Shown in pieces: positions 39,632 to 50,217 of a DNA stretch of 64,000 nt. The notes beneath the pieces were generated by a model. It did no database searches. It was not told the origin of the DNA and was given only the letters and a program-made list of their open reading frames with translations. The stretch lies in the NCBI GenBank assembly GCA_965218095.1, contig OZ244587.1:4928001-4992000 (forward strand), given 5' to 3'. The translations under genes were made by a program, and so were the position numbers. Numbering within the stretch: position 1 is the stretch's first letter; the number at the start of each line of letters is the position of its first letter. The DNA is from Candidatus Poribacteria bacterium (GTDB lineage: Bacteria; Poribacteria; WGA-4E; PCPOR2b).

Positions 39632-40447
39632 TTGACCTGGAGGCTTTTAAACACTGGACGGAATAACGCTGCCATCAACATGGCAATCGATGAAGCGATC
39701 CTTGTGGCACAAAAAGCCAGCTTCCAACCAACGTTGCGGTTTTACGACTGGCTACAACCTGCTTTTAGTTTTGGCTACTTTCAGCAGATTATGCACGAGG
39801 TAGATGTAGCTGCGTGCGCGTCTCACGGCATCGAGCTCGTGCGTCGGATGACTGGCGGCGGCACGGTCATACACGGCTGGGACGTGACTTACACTGTCAT
39901 TGCGCCCCACGGTTCTGGCGTTCTACCGAAGGATATCTCAGCGGCATACCACGTTATCAGCGATTGTCTGATCAACGGATTGCAGCGGTTGTCCGTTGAC
40001 GCCGGACGTCAGATTGAAAAGCCGGGGGCGGAGAGTCGGGACAATCCCTCCGGGGTTGCCCTTCCCAATATTTGTCTGACTAACCCTGCCCAGTACGACA
40101 TCATGCTCAACGGGAACAAGATTGCTGGCGTATCCCAGCGCCGTAATCAAATTGGCGCGATGTACCAGGGTTATATCGCGCTTGACATGCCCCCGCCAGA
40201 TGTCTTAGCCCTTGCGTCAAAGCGTTTCAGTCGCGATCAGGTTATGGCAGGAAAATCTACCGCTATCAACTTAGGAAGGTCTACCCCAATTTATCGAAAA
40301 CAGCTTGAGGATGCAGTCGCCGCCGGATTCGAGGAAACGTTCAGCATCCGGTTGGTTAAAGGTGAACGGTTTCCCAAGGAGATAGAAGCCACCAAATCTC
40401 TCGTACAGACAAAGTACGCAACCGCAGAATGGAACTTTCGTCGATAA
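39632..40447 (+). CDS. Lipoate-protein ligase A / octanoyltransferase family protein
   Basis: NMAIDEAI, PTLRFYDW, VRRMTGGGTVIH and KIAGVSQRR. Confidence 0.88.
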   Translation: MTWRLLNTGRNNAAINMAIDEAILVAQKASFQPTLRFYDWLQPAFSFGYFQQIMHEVDVAACASHGIELVRRMTGGGTVIHGWDVTYTVIAPHGSGVLPKDISAAYHVISDCLINGLQRLSVDAGRQIEKPGAESRDNPSGVALPNICLTNPAQYDIMLNGNKIAGVSQRRNQIGAMYQGYIALDMPPPDVLALASKRFSRDQVMAGKSTAINLGRSTPIYRKQLEDAVAAGFEETFSIRLVKGERFPKEIEATKSLVQTKYATAEWNFRR

Positions 40448-41562
40448 ATCAAAATCGCCCACATTCAAACCCTTTGCTGGCTCAGAATGACGTACTTATC
40501 CCACCGAGCGCGTTCATTATGGGCACCGACATCGAACCCTTTTACGGCGGGATTTTAGCGCAATCCAAATATGCGAAACTAGACGAGGCACCAATACATG
40601 TGGTGTTTCTTGAACCGTATCGCATCAATCGATATCCCGTCACAAACGCGGAATATGAAGTCTTTGTACGAGCGACGGGTCACGTACCCCCTCCGCATTG
40701 GAAAAAAGGAAAAGTCTCGCCCAGTGAAGCGAATTTACCCGTTGTACACATCAGTTGGTATGATGCAAGCGCTTATGCACATTGGGCTCAGGGACGGCTG
40801 CCAACTGAAGCAGAGTGGGAAAAGGCGGCAAGAGGCGCTGATGGTCGCATTTACCCTTGGGGAAATAAATTTGATCCGTTACCAGATGAAGCGGGCAAAG
40901 AATGGAAGAATAATCTGGAATCCGAAATCCGAAATCCGCAATCGAACCACGCATCTCGGATGATGGGACAGATTCTCACCCATGAACTGACACCTGTCGG
41001 AAACCGCCCCGCCGCCGCAAGTCCTTACGGCATCCATGAGGTTGCCGGGAATGTATGGGAATGGACAGCTAACTGGTATCAGCCATACGAAGGAAATACA
41101 CATCAAGACAGCGATTACGGAGAAAAGCATAAAGTCCTGCGAGGTAGCTCATGGTTGGAGGTTCGCGACAGGACAGCGGATCGATATTTCCGGTGTGCAA
41201 ATCGTTTGCACGCACCGCCGGACTACATCACGAGCAATATCGGTTTCAGATGTGTCCGGGATGTCACGCCGGAGGAAACACAGGCTTATCCAACGCAAAT
41301 ATCCGCTGAACTGTTGAGGAAGTATGTCAGACAGGAGAGATTGAAGAATTTACATACGATTCTCAAGCGTGCGCGAAAAGGCTGCCTCCAAGATTCCGTC
41401 ATCGCGGCTTTGGCGATTGGCGGGAGTTGCTACGGAATGATGATGCCGAAATTGGTGATAGGCGGATTTACATTGGGAATGATTGGTATCGGTTTTTTAT
41501 TCAGTGCCGGCGTTAATTTCTGGCGACAATGGAAAGCAGGAAGGCGCTTGAGCAGGCGATAA
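40429..41562 (+). CDS. FGE-sulfatase (SUMF1/EgtB-like) domain protein with C-terminal TM segments
   Basis: YPVTNAEY, RLPTEAEWEKAARG, AGNVWEW and IGFRC. Confidence 0.88.
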   Translation: MELSSINQNRPHSNPLLAQNDVLIPPSAFIMGTDIEPFYGGILAQSKYAKLDEAPIHVVFLEPYRINRYPVTNAEYEVFVRATGHVPPPHWKKGKVSPSEANLPVVHISWYDASAYAHWAQGRLPTEAEWEKAARGADGRIYPWGNKFDPLPDEAGKEWKNNLESEIRNPQSNHASRMMGQILTHELTPVGNRPAAASPYGIHEVAGNVWEWTANWYQPYEGNTHQDSDYGEKHKVLRGSSWLEVRDRTADRYFRCANRLHAPPDYITSNIGFRCVRDVTPEETQAYPTQISAELLRKYVRQERLKNLHTILKRARKGCLQDSVIAALAIGGSCYGMMMPKLVIGGFTLGMIGIGFLFSAGVNFWRQWKAGRRLSRR

Positions 41563-41638
41563 ATTTAATCTGAGTTGCTAGTATCATAGACGCTTGCTTT
41601 ATCAACTAGCAACTTGCGTGAATTTAATCAATCTAGAC

Positions 41639-42679
41639 ATGACACAATACACAGCATACATTGGGTTTGCTTGTATACTTTTCATTCATAGCTTCGGTTG
41701 TGGCGCTCCCTATTCCCCGCCTGGCCCCCTTGATGTCTCATATCCACGGGGAGAAAAATCCTTCCAGTTCATCGTTTGCGGGGATAATCGACCCAACCCG
41801 GGCCGAGAAGGGCTGAATGCAATCGTTCAAAGAAACTTCGCCAAAGAAGTCATCAGGATGCAACCCAGATTTGTCATCAATACGGGAGATCTCGTATGGG
41901 CTGGGATTAGCAAAAAAGGATGGCGTAAGTTTGAATCGCAGACGTTATCCCCGATTCGCGCAAAGGAGATTCCGTACTACCCTGCCATTGGCAATCATGA
42001 GTTGAACTACGGTCCATTTGGTTTGCCGGCGTGGTGGGAGTTTCGATGGCGAGGCATCCTGATGCTGCCGCTTCTGCCGATTGAAGGACTATCGCGATTG
42101 GGGTTTCCAGGAATCCCTAATAAAACGCAGGCAATCGATAACTTTTTTAAGCACTTCCCCGAACTTCGCCGGAGGGAAGCCTACGCTTTTCAGTACGGCA
42201 ATTCACACTTTGTCTTTCTCAACACAGAATCCCCAACCTCAACGGATAGCACGCAGGGGGAATTTCTGCGAGCGCAATTTGAAAATGTCAAGGCGGACGT
42301 TTCCTATCGTTTCTTCTTCGTTGTCTTTCACCGACCTGCCTATACAATCGGCGCACGGCACTCACCCCGTCCAAGAGAACGTCAACTTGCCAAAATATTG
42401 GAATCTTATCAGCAGCGTTGCATCCAAGACAAGCGAAATCTCCAAATCATTGCCTTGATGGGACATAACCATATTTACTATCGCACACGACGAAATGGCG
42501 TCATCTATATCCTCACCGGCGGCGGGGGCGCACCGCTCTACAATGTTCAACCCGATCAAGGTACAATTCCAGGGGACAAGTGGGGAATAGGTTATCATTA
42601 CGTGCTGGTAACAATCAATAGATCGGAGATAGCGATTAAACCCACACTTATTCCAACACTCGAAGAAGGTAGAAATTAA
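41639..42679 (+). CDS. Metallophosphoesterase (purple acid phosphatase-like lipoprotein)
   Basis: CGDNR, NTGDLV, IGNHE, FHRP, GHNHIY and TGGGGAPLY. Confidence 0.88.
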   Translation: MTQYTAYIGFACILFIHSFGCGAPYSPPGPLDVSYPRGEKSFQFIVCGDNRPNPGREGLNAIVQRNFAKEVIRMQPRFVINTGDLVWAGISKKGWRKFESQTLSPIRAKEIPYYPAIGNHELNYGPFGLPAWWEFRWRGILMLPLLPIEGLSRLGFPGIPNKTQAIDNFFKHFPELRRREAYAFQYGNSHFVFLNTESPTSTDSTQGEFLRAQFENVKADVSYRFFFVVFHRPAYTIGARHSPRPRERQLAKILESYQQRCIQDKRNLQIIALMGHNHIYYRTRRNGVIYILTGGGGAPLYNVQPDQGTIPGDKWGIGYHYVLVTINRSEIAIKPTLIPTLEEGRN

Positions 42680-42704
42680 CGACATTCTCCGTAAGAAAGA
42701 AAGG

Positions 42705-43348
42705 AGAATCAAGGGCAGGCTAGAATCAAGGGCAGGCACAAGACCTGCCCCTACTCGTCTGGTAAATCGGGGGAATCAAGGGCAGGCTAGAGTCAAGGGC
42801 AGGCACAAGACCTGCCCCTACTACTGTCTGGTAAATCGGGAGAGTCAAGGGCAGGCACAAGACCTGCCCCTACTCGTCTGGTAAATCGGGAGAGTCAAGG
42901 GCAGGCACGAGACCTGCCCCTACTCGTCTGGTAAATCGGGAGAATCAAGGGCAGGCACAAGACCTGCCCCTACTACTGTCTGGTAAATCGGGAGAGTCAA
43001 GGGCAGGCACAAGACCTGCCCCTACTACTGTCTGGTAAATCGGGAGAGTCAAGGGCAGGCACGAGACCTGCCCCTACTACTGTCTGGTAAATTGGGAGAG
43101 TCAAGGGCAGGCACAAGACCTGCCCCTACTCGTCTGGTAAATTGGGAGAGTCAAGGGCAGGCACAAGACCTGCCCCTACTACTGTCTGGTAAATCGGGAG
43201 AATCAAGGGCAGGCACAAGACCTGCCCCTACTCGTCTGGTAAATCGGGAGAGTCAAGGGCAGGCACAAGACCTGCCCCTACTCGTCTGGTAAATCGGGAG
43301 AGTCAAGGGCAGGCTAGAATCAAGGGCAGGCACGAGACCTGCCCCTAC
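42705..43348. repeat. Tandem array of 12 GTAG-type REP palindromes (50/52-bp period)
   Basis: Unit agARtcaagggcaggcacRagacctgcccctact(cgt|actgt)ctggtaaatYggg, plus three 17-bp partial units; no unique spacers. Confidence 0.92.
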
Positions 43349-43404
43349 TAACCCATTTTCTGATTTTCGTTAAATTATGAACCGTTTCCGAAAATTATTA
43401 AAAC

Positions 43405-43950
43405 ATGCTCTGTTACGAAAACCAATCCATCTCCAAACTGACTTTCTATCTCCTGAACACGAGGCATCTGCCCAACAGCATACAAGTTCTGAGACAGAAG
43501 CATATTCGGCAGCCGAACTATCAGATCGATCTACGGATAGTTGGTACCAGCCACGCGCTATCGATTGTCACGCCATTTTCCGCTTTGACGGAGGTCGTCG
43601 TCTGTTCGACGATTGATGGAACGCAAGCGCCGACGCTCAACATCAAACGGCTGTGTGAATCGGAAGGGGCTGCGGCTTGCCTCACCGATATGCAGTATTC
43701 AATTGATTGGGAAATTCAGCGGTTCAATCAAGATGCTTTTTTGCGACAAACCCACAGGTTGCGTCAACGGAAGGAGAAGGATCAGATGTTCTCATACGAA
43801 TTTCCCACAAGGTCATCAGACGTGGAGAGGCCCCCTTTGACGCTCATTGAGTATGAGTGCCACCCGAAGCGTATCCAGATTCAAACCCATCACACCTATC
43901 CAGACGAATTCGGGCTCGTTGTGACGCGGACGCAGATTGAATTGAGATGA
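43405..43950 (+). CDS. DUF2617-like protein
   Basis: VGTSH and QTHHTYPDEFGLVVTRTQI motifs; adjacent to a membrane spermidine-synthase-like gene. Confidence 0.65.
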   Translation: MLCYENQSISKLTFYLLNTRHLPNSIQVLRQKHIRQPNYQIDLRIVGTSHALSIVTPFSALTEVVVCSTIDGTQAPTLNIKRLCESEGAAACLTDMQYSIDWEIQRFNQDAFLRQTHRLRQRKEKDQMFSYEFPTRSSDVERPPLTLIEYECHPKRIQIQTHHTYPDEFGLVVTRTQIELR

Positions 43951-43951
43951 G

Positions 43952-45490
43952 ATGAATGCAAACAACACCGACCGCCACTTCAAGTCACGCGGCGTTATCC
44001 TTTTGCTCTCGATCTCGGTAATCGCCATTTGTGCGATTGTCTATGAACTGGGCATCGGGAGTTTATCGTCTTATCTCCTGGGCAACAGCGTCTATCAATT
44101 TTCAATCACGATTGGGCTGTTCATGACGGCGATGGGGATTGGATCTTATCTCTCAAAGTATTTCACCCGTCAACTCATCACATGGTTTATCCAGATTGAA
44201 CTGGCGATCGGATGCATCGGCGGTTTTTCCTGCCCCATTCTCTTTGCGGCATACAGCTTCAATTTCTTCTACGCTCCGGTCATGTGGGGATTGATTATTC
44301 TGATCGGTACGCTGATTGGCTTGGAGCTACCGCTCCTGACACGGATTTTCCGCGAGTATACGACCCTGCGAATCGCCCTGGCAAACGCTCTCACCTTTGA
44401 CTATGTGGGTGGATTAATCGGCTCCCTCGCCTTTCCGTTGCTGTTGCTTCCCCTGTTGGGCATTTTTGACACCTCGATAGTCATGGGGCTTGCCAACCTT
44501 GCCGTTGTGATCGGCAACCTGATTTTATTTCGACACGAAATTCATCGCCTGAAGCAGATTTCGGCTGTGACCGCGCTAATCACTGTGGGATTGATTGTCG
44601 GTTTGCTCGTCAGTAATCCGGTGAGTCGTTACCTTGAGCAGCGCATCTATACCGATCGGATTGTCTTATCGAAAGTTTCCAAGTATCAACGAATCGTCCT
44701 GACGCGCTGGAAAGATGATATTCGCCTCTACATCAACGGGCGTTTGCAGTTCAGCGCGATGGACGAGTATCGGTATCACGAAGCGCTTGTTCATCCAGTG
44801 GCTTCGCTGATTCCCTCGCGTTCACGGGTGCTTGTGCTTGGCGGCGGCGATGGACTTGCCATACGTGAGCTCTTGAAATACGATGACGTGGATGAGATCA
44901 CGCTGGTTGACCTTGATCCGATGATAACGGATCTGGCTCGCACAGATCACATGCTCCGCCAACTCAACGGGAATGCCCTCGATAATCCAAAGGTGAAAGT
45001 CGTCAATCAGGATGCGCAGCAGTTTCTCCGAACAACCCCCCAACGCTATAATTTGATTATTATTGACCTGCCCGATCCGAATGATGAAGCGCTCGTGTCG
45101 CTCTACTCCGAGACATTCTATCGCCTCGTCAAACGCCGCCTTGCCAAAGACGGGCTTGCCGTGACACAGAGTAGTTCCCCCTTCTTTGCACGGAAAGCCT
45201 TCTGGTGTATCCATCAGACAATCGAAGCCGCGGAACTTTATGCGACCGCTTACCATGTGAACGTTCCGAGCTTCGGTGAATGGGGGTTTAACCTCTTTGG
45301 CGAATGGCAAATCGATCCAAGTCAAATAAACATTACGATCCCCACTCTTTTCTTATCAAACGCCTCATTCCCCGTACTATTTACCTTTGACAAGGATATT
45401 GACGAGATCGAGACCCAAATCAATACGCTCCTGACACCCATCCTGCTTTTCTACTATCGAGAAGGTTGGAAATCGTGGGGACTCCAATGA
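43952..45490 (+). CDS. speE: Membrane-bound polyamine aminopropyltransferase (spermidine-synthase-like)
   Basis: Multi-TM N-terminus (IVYEL...LLGNSVYQFS), DEYRYHEALVHP, VLVLGGGDGLA, IIDLPDP and VPSFGEWGF. Confidence 0.88.
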   Translation: MNANNTDRHFKSRGVILLLSISVIAICAIVYELGIGSLSSYLLGNSVYQFSITIGLFMTAMGIGSYLSKYFTRQLITWFIQIELAIGCIGGFSCPILFAAYSFNFFYAPVMWGLIILIGTLIGLELPLLTRIFREYTTLRIALANALTFDYVGGLIGSLAFPLLLLPLLGIFDTSIVMGLANLAVVIGNLILFRHEIHRLKQISAVTALITVGLIVGLLVSNPVSRYLEQRIYTDRIVLSKVSKYQRIVLTRWKDDIRLYINGRLQFSAMDEYRYHEALVHPVASLIPSRSRVLVLGGGDGLAIRELLKYDDVDEITLVDLDPMITDLARTDHMLRQLNGNALDNPKVKVVNQDAQQFLRTTPQRYNLIIIDLPDPNDEALVSLYSETFYRLVKRRLAKDGLAVTQSSSPFFARKAFWCIHQTIEAAELYATAYHVNVPSFGEWGFNLFGEWQIDPSQINITIPTLFLSNASFPVLFTFDKDIDEIETQINTLLTPILLFYYREGWKSWGLQ

Positions 45491-45528
45491 GAAAATTTCT
45501 GACTCTCCATCTGAGACCCCCCTGCAAA

Positions 45529-45556
45529 GTAGGGAACGCAGATCTGTGTTCCCTAC
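45529..45556. repeat. 28-bp palindromic REP gtagggaacgcagatctgcgttccctac (other copies 49834, 50030, 52075, 52707)
   Basis: Five intergenic copies, four perfect palindromes and this one with a single mismatch; further GTAG hairpins at 45558-45619. Confidence 0.88.
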
Positions 45557-45637
45557 TGTAGGCGCCCGATTCATCGGGCGTCGTGAATTTTGTTGTGCGG
45601 CGATGAATCGCCGAACTACTGCGTAAGTCCTACAAAA

Positions 45638-48600
45638 ATGAAATCCATATTCAAGTTATCCATAAAAAATCCCGTACTGGTTCACATGATCACCATCGCC
45701 GTGATTGTTTTTGGGACATATACGCTCATCAATATGCCGCGTGAACTTGAACCGGATATGTCCTTCAACTGGGTGATCATTTGGGCGCCATACCCCGGTG
45801 TTTCGCCCGAAGAGATCGAAAAGTTCATCACCAAGCCAATTGAGGACGAAATCGCCGATGTGGACAAAATCAGCTCCATCACTTCACTATCCGCTGAAGG
45901 ATACTCCAACATCAGCGTCAAATTCGATCAGGACATCAGCCGGGACGAATTTGAAAAACTGTACCGAGACCTTCGCACAGAGTTGGATAAAGTCAATGAC
46001 CTTCCAGAGGATGCGGAGGACCCGTTCTTGTTTAAACTGGAGTCAAACACATTGACGCCGGTAATCGATGTGGTCTTGGCAGGAACACTCCCTAAGAAAG
46101 AAATGCGAGATCTGGCTGAACACCTCCAGGACCAACTTGAAGCCATTGAAGGTGTTTTGGAGGTTTCGATGATTGGGGTTCGAGACCGCGAGATCTGGGT
46201 CGAAGTCGATCCGGACAAACTTGAGCGGTATCCACTGGCGTTGTCACAGGTTGTCGGTGCATTAGCGGCTAAGAACATGAACGTGCCGGCTGGCAAACTC
46301 AAAGTCGGACGCTCGGAATATCTCCTGCGCACCGTCGGCGAATTTGATTCCGTCGATCAGATTGAAAACGTGATTGTGCAACAGATTCCCGGTGGGGGCA
46401 AGATTCGCGTCGGCGATGTCGCGCAGGCTCGAGATACTTACAAAGAAGCAATCGTGATTTCTCGCTTAAATGGCGAACCGGCGATTACGCTCTCGGTTGC
46501 GAAACGCGGGAAAGGTAGCACAATCACGATTGTCGATCAGGTGCAATCGCTGGTCAACAAATACCGAAGGGATCGGTTACCAGAGGGAGCGAAAATCACG
46601 GTAGTCAACGATACTTCGACCTATATTCATGATTCGCTCGGCAAACTGCAAAACAACGCACTTGTCGGGGTGACGTTAGTTCTCCTTGCCTTGTACATCT
46701 TTATGGGACTTCGGAATGCAATCTTTGTTGCAGTTGGCATTCCTCTGACGCTCCTTGCCACTTTTACGCTCATGGGGGTTTTTGGCGAATCCATGAATAT
46801 GATGTCATTATTTGGGTTAGTTCTGGTGCTCGGTATCATCGTAGACGATGCAATCGTTGTGATGGAAAACGTCTATCGACGCATGCAGAGCGGCGAGTCC
46901 CCGATTCGCGCCGCTGTCAATGGGACGCACGAGGTTGCCTGGCCCGTGATCACCGCGTCCTTAACGACAGCCGCAGTCTTCCTGCCGCTGGCGCTATTAC
47001 CGGGAATCATCGGCAAATACATGCGGATTATTCCAATCATCGTCGCCTTGACATTGGCAGCCTCCGTTTTTGAATGCTTCTTCATTTTGCCGTCCCATAT
47101 CGCAGATTGGGGAAGGGTGAATCGATCAAAATCGCAGGATGGGCTGATGCGCCGACTGCTGAAGCCGTACACGAGATTCCTGGCGCTTGCGCTTCGGCGT
47201 CGCTACTGGGTACTGGGTGGAGTTATCATCTGCCTCGTTCTTAGCTTTCTGCCAATCCGTTTTGGCCTGGTTGAAGTTGACATGTTTGATGGTGATGAGT
47301 ACCCGATATTTTCTGTGAATGTCACGCTGCCGGTCAGCGTACGCTTGGAGACCACGGATGCAGTGATGCGGAAGTTTGAAGAGATCGCACTTTCGTTGCC
47401 GGAGTCTGAAGTTAAGTCCGTCATCACAAAAACCGGGATCATCGAGACGGAAACTGGAAACATACTCGATAGCCACTTGGGGTCGCTTCAGGTTGAAGTC
47501 GTCGAAGCCAAGTACCGTGCGCGTTCCATTGATGAAATTATTGCAGGGCTTCGCCAGAAATTCAGTCGAATCACGGGACCGGAGCAGGTAGAATTTGAGA
47601 AAATGGAAGAGGGACCGCCCACCGGTGCGGATGTCGAAATGATGGTCAAAGGAAAATATTTCAGCAAACTCGAAGCGATCTCTGAAGAACTCAGGAGCAA
47701 ACTCTCGAAAATTCCCGGCGTCACCGACATCAACGACAACTACTTCCTCGGCAAAGAGGAAGTCAGGCTGTACATTGACGAAGACAAAGCTTCAGAATAC
47801 GGACTGACGGTTCAGCAAATCGCCTTTGCTGTGCGAAATGCGTTTGAAGGTGCGAAAGCAACCGTCTTCCGTGATGGGGCCGAGGAGGTTGATGTCATCG
47901 TCAAGTTCAGTGAATCCGCACGAACGAAGATCAAAGATGTGGAGGATATGAGGCTGGTCGGAGCAACAGGCGTCTTGGCGCCGCTCCGAGATGTCGCTCG
48001 CTTGAGCGTAGAGCGCGGTTATTCCACAGTTCACCGCTTCAATCAGGAACGGGCAATTACAGTCACGGCTAACGTGGACTCAGAAGTCATCTCCGCGGTC
48101 AGAGTGAATCAGATCATCCGGGAAGACTTTGATCAGATCGGCTCACGCTATCCGGGCTACACGCTGGAATTTGGCGGTCAATTTGCTGAGTTCAATAAAG
48201 CGTTTGCGGGTATATTGCAGTTGTTCGGCGTTGGCATCCTGCTAGTCTACTTCGTCTTGGGAACGCAATTCAGGTCCTTCATTCAGCCGCTGATCATTAT
48301 AATGACCGTGCCGTTTGCATTTATCGGTGCGATGGTGGGCTTGATCACCTCCGGCAACCCACTGAGCATCGCCTCCATGTACGGGCTTGTGGCGCTGGCT
48401 GGCATCGTCGTCAACGATTCGATCGTGCTGGTTGAATTTATCAACCGTCAACGTGCGGTGGGTGTGCGCAAATGGCGGGCGATTATCGATGGCGGACGGA
48501 CGCGCCTGCGCCCGATCCTGCTGACCTCGATTACGACGGTGAGTGGGCTGCTGCCGATGGCGCTGGGAATTGGCGGGAAGTCCGCGATGTGGATGCCGAT

Positions 48601-48712
48601 GGCGAGTACAATCGTGTGGGGGCTGTCAGTTGCGACCGTCCTAACCCTGTTTGTGATTCCTGTATTCTACGCAATCATCGACGACATTCGTCAGTGGCGA
48701 GGTGTTCGCTAA
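45638..48712 (+). CDS. RND efflux transporter permease (AcrB/AcrD/AcrF family)
   Basis: LGIIVDDAIVVMEN, GIVVNDSIVLVEF and RLRPILLTSITT; about 1020 aa. Confidence 0.95.
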   Translation: MKSIFKLSIKNPVLVHMITIAVIVFGTYTLINMPRELEPDMSFNWVIIWAPYPGVSPEEIEKFITKPIEDEIADVDKISSITSLSAEGYSNISVKFDQDISRDEFEKLYRDLRTELDKVNDLPEDAEDPFLFKLESNTLTPVIDVVLAGTLPKKEMRDLAEHLQDQLEAIEGVLEVSMIGVRDREIWVEVDPDKLERYPLALSQVVGALAAKNMNVPAGKLKVGRSEYLLRTVGEFDSVDQIENVIVQQIPGGGKIRVGDVAQARDTYKEAIVISRLNGEPAITLSVAKRGKGSTITIVDQVQSLVNKYRRDRLPEGAKITVVNDTSTYIHDSLGKLQNNALVGVTLVLLALYIFMGLRNAIFVAVGIPLTLLATFTLMGVFGESMNMMSLFGLVLVLGIIVDDAIVVMENVYRRMQSGESPIRAAVNGTHEVAWPVITASLTTAAVFLPLALLPGIIGKYMRIIPIIVALTLAASVFECFFILPSHIADWGRVNRSKSQDGLMRRLLKPYTRFLALALRRRYWVLGGVIICLVLSFLPIRFGLVEVDMFDGDEYPIFSVNVTLPVSVRLETTDAVMRKFEEIALSLPESEVKSVITKTGIIETETGNILDSHLGSLQVEVVEAKYRARSIDEIIAGLRQKFSRITGPEQVEFEKMEEGPPTGADVEMMVKGKYFSKLEAISEELRSKLSKIPGVTDINDNYFLGKEEVRLYIDEDKASEYGLTVQQIAFAVRNAFEGAKATVFRDGAEEVDVIVKFSESARTKIKDVEDMRLVGATGVLAPLRDVARLSVERGYSTVHRFNQERAITVTANVDSEVISAVRVNQIIREDFDQIGSRYPGYTLEFGGQFAEFNKAFAGILQLFGVGILLVYFVLGTQFRSFIQPLIIIMTVPFAFIGAMVGLITSGNPLSIASMYGLVALAGIVVNDSIVLVEFINRQRAVGVRKWRAIIDGGRTRLRPILLTSITTVSGLLPMALGIGGKSAMWMPMASTIVWGLSVATVLTLFVIPVFYAIIDDIRQWRGVR

Positions 48713-48783
48713 GGCGGAAGTCCTTAGAGATTGATACATTTTCAGTTCCTTTGCGTAACTCCTAACAACGCCGTTGTGGACGT

Positions 48784-49134
48784 TCATGAAGGAATGTTTT
48801 CCGAATCTTCGATTATTTTGCGCAACTGCTTTATCTCCGCCTTAACGCTATTCTCACTTCTATCCTTTAATACAACAACAATTTTAGGGATAATCACAAA
48901 AATAGCCATAAGACTGATAAGTGTGAGCATCAAAGTCCATATGTTTTCAACACGTTTATCCAATCTATCAATTCTAGTATTTGTTGCCTGAAGTTTAAGG
49001 TCAATATGATCCTTCATGCGCTTTTCAGAAGCCGTGATCTCTTCCTTTACAATTGTCCGTACATCTTCCTTTGTCAATTCCCCAAATGCGGGCAACGCAA
49101 AAAGGAATAGCGACAAAATAGCTGCGATTTTCAT
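48784..49134 (-). CDS. Signal peptide + coiled-coil + TM hypothetical protein
   Basis: MKIAAILSLFLFALPAFG-ELTKEDVRTIVKEE...RIDRLDKR-TM; RBS aaggag. Confidence 0.7.
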   Translation of the reverse strand: MKIAAILSLFLFALPAFGELTKEDVRTIVKEEITASEKRMKDHIDLKLQATNTRIDRLDKRVENIWTLMLTLISLMAIFVIIPKIVVVLKDRSENSVKAEIKQLRKIIEDSENIPS

Positions 49135-49301
49135 GACAATGTCTCCTTGTAGGCTATTTTCAAACAATTTATCGAATCTTGCGTTCAAGCCCCCATCCCC
49201 CTGAACTCCCCCTTGTCAAGGGGAAATTCAGGGGGGCGTCTGGAATAGGCGCCGGAGGATTTGGAGGGACAATATGGCCCCTCAAATTATATATTTTTTT
49301 C

Positions 49302-49718
49302 TCACTTTTCGTGTGGATACGATTCATCTTGCGAACTGTCAGTAGTAGCCTGCGGAAAAGGGTTTTCTTGCTCATGCTCTTGCTCTTGCTCATGATCTAC
49401 AAAAATAATCTCATTCTTGTTTTTTAATCCTTCTACAATATGAGCAAAAACACGTTTACATTCTTGTTTAGTTCCAGAAAAAAGACGTTCATAAAATCTT
49501 AAATTATGAGATTGCTCTATAAGATCAAGTTCTTCAGCCCTATGTTGTTCTAATCTTGCAGAAGCATTCGCAGACACATAAGGTTTTTCAAAATTTACAA
49601 ACAAATCAGCTTTTTCACACTCGTCCTCTACATCTGAATAAAGAACAATTTGAAATGACTCAATCTTATCAATATTAATTATTAAACCGCGCTCATACGA
49701 AACAATAGCCCGTTGCAT
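49302..49718 (-). CDS. Hypothetical protein (AT-rich)
   Basis: 138-aa ORF with RBS aaagga; the HEQEQEHEQE tail comes from a hexamer repeat. Confidence 0.55.
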   Translation of the reverse strand: MQRAIVSYERGLIINIDKIESFQIVLYSDVEDECEKADLFVNFEKPYVSANASARLEQHRAEELDLIEQSHNLRFYERLFSGTKQECKRVFAHIVEGLKNKNEIIFVDHEQEQEHEQENPFPQATTDSSQDESYPHEK

Positions 49719-50094
49719 TTTTTCAATCCTTTCTGAAAATGTTCCTCTTTCAATTTAATCACGCAATGAGTAGATAGGGGCTTTTCTCTTAATTTAACCT
49801 GAGTTGCTAGTATCATAGACGCTTGCTTTATCAGTAGGGAACGCAGATCTGCGTTCCCTACAAACGGAAATGCGTAACTCCTACTAATAATGAAACTATT
49901 GTATCACAATTACACGAAAGCCACAATAAAAATTAGAATAACCTGAGTTGCTGGTATCATAGACGCTTGCTTTATCAACTATCAACTTGCGTTATTCTAA
50001 TCCTTACAACATCGTGGATTCACGGTTTCGTAGGGAACGCAGATCTGCGTTCCCTACAGAACCACGCCCGGTTGAGCAGTGAGTTGAGCAAGGT

Positions 50095-50163
50095 GTGGAA
50101 GGAAAAAGATTGGAAGGTTGGAAGGGATAAACTCTTCCATTCTTCCAGCCTTCCAATCTTCCA
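50095..50163. repeat. Inverted cluster of 8-mer ggaagRNt/ttcca repeats
   Basis: tggaaggttggaaggg...cttccattcttccagccttccaatcttcca. Confidence 0.6.
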
Positions 50164-50217
50164 ACGGAAAATGTGATATCCTTGGGTTCCAAGGCGTTTT
50201 GTGGTACAATTCAACCT

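Noticed and set aside
42705-43348. CRISPR array
   Set aside because: The intervening sequences are near-identical rather than unique spacers, no cas genes are present, and the unit is a REP-like hairpin.
48755-48790. Integron attC site (cctaacaacgcc...)
   Set aside because: No matching GTTRRRY arm at a suitable distance, and no integrase or cassette array.
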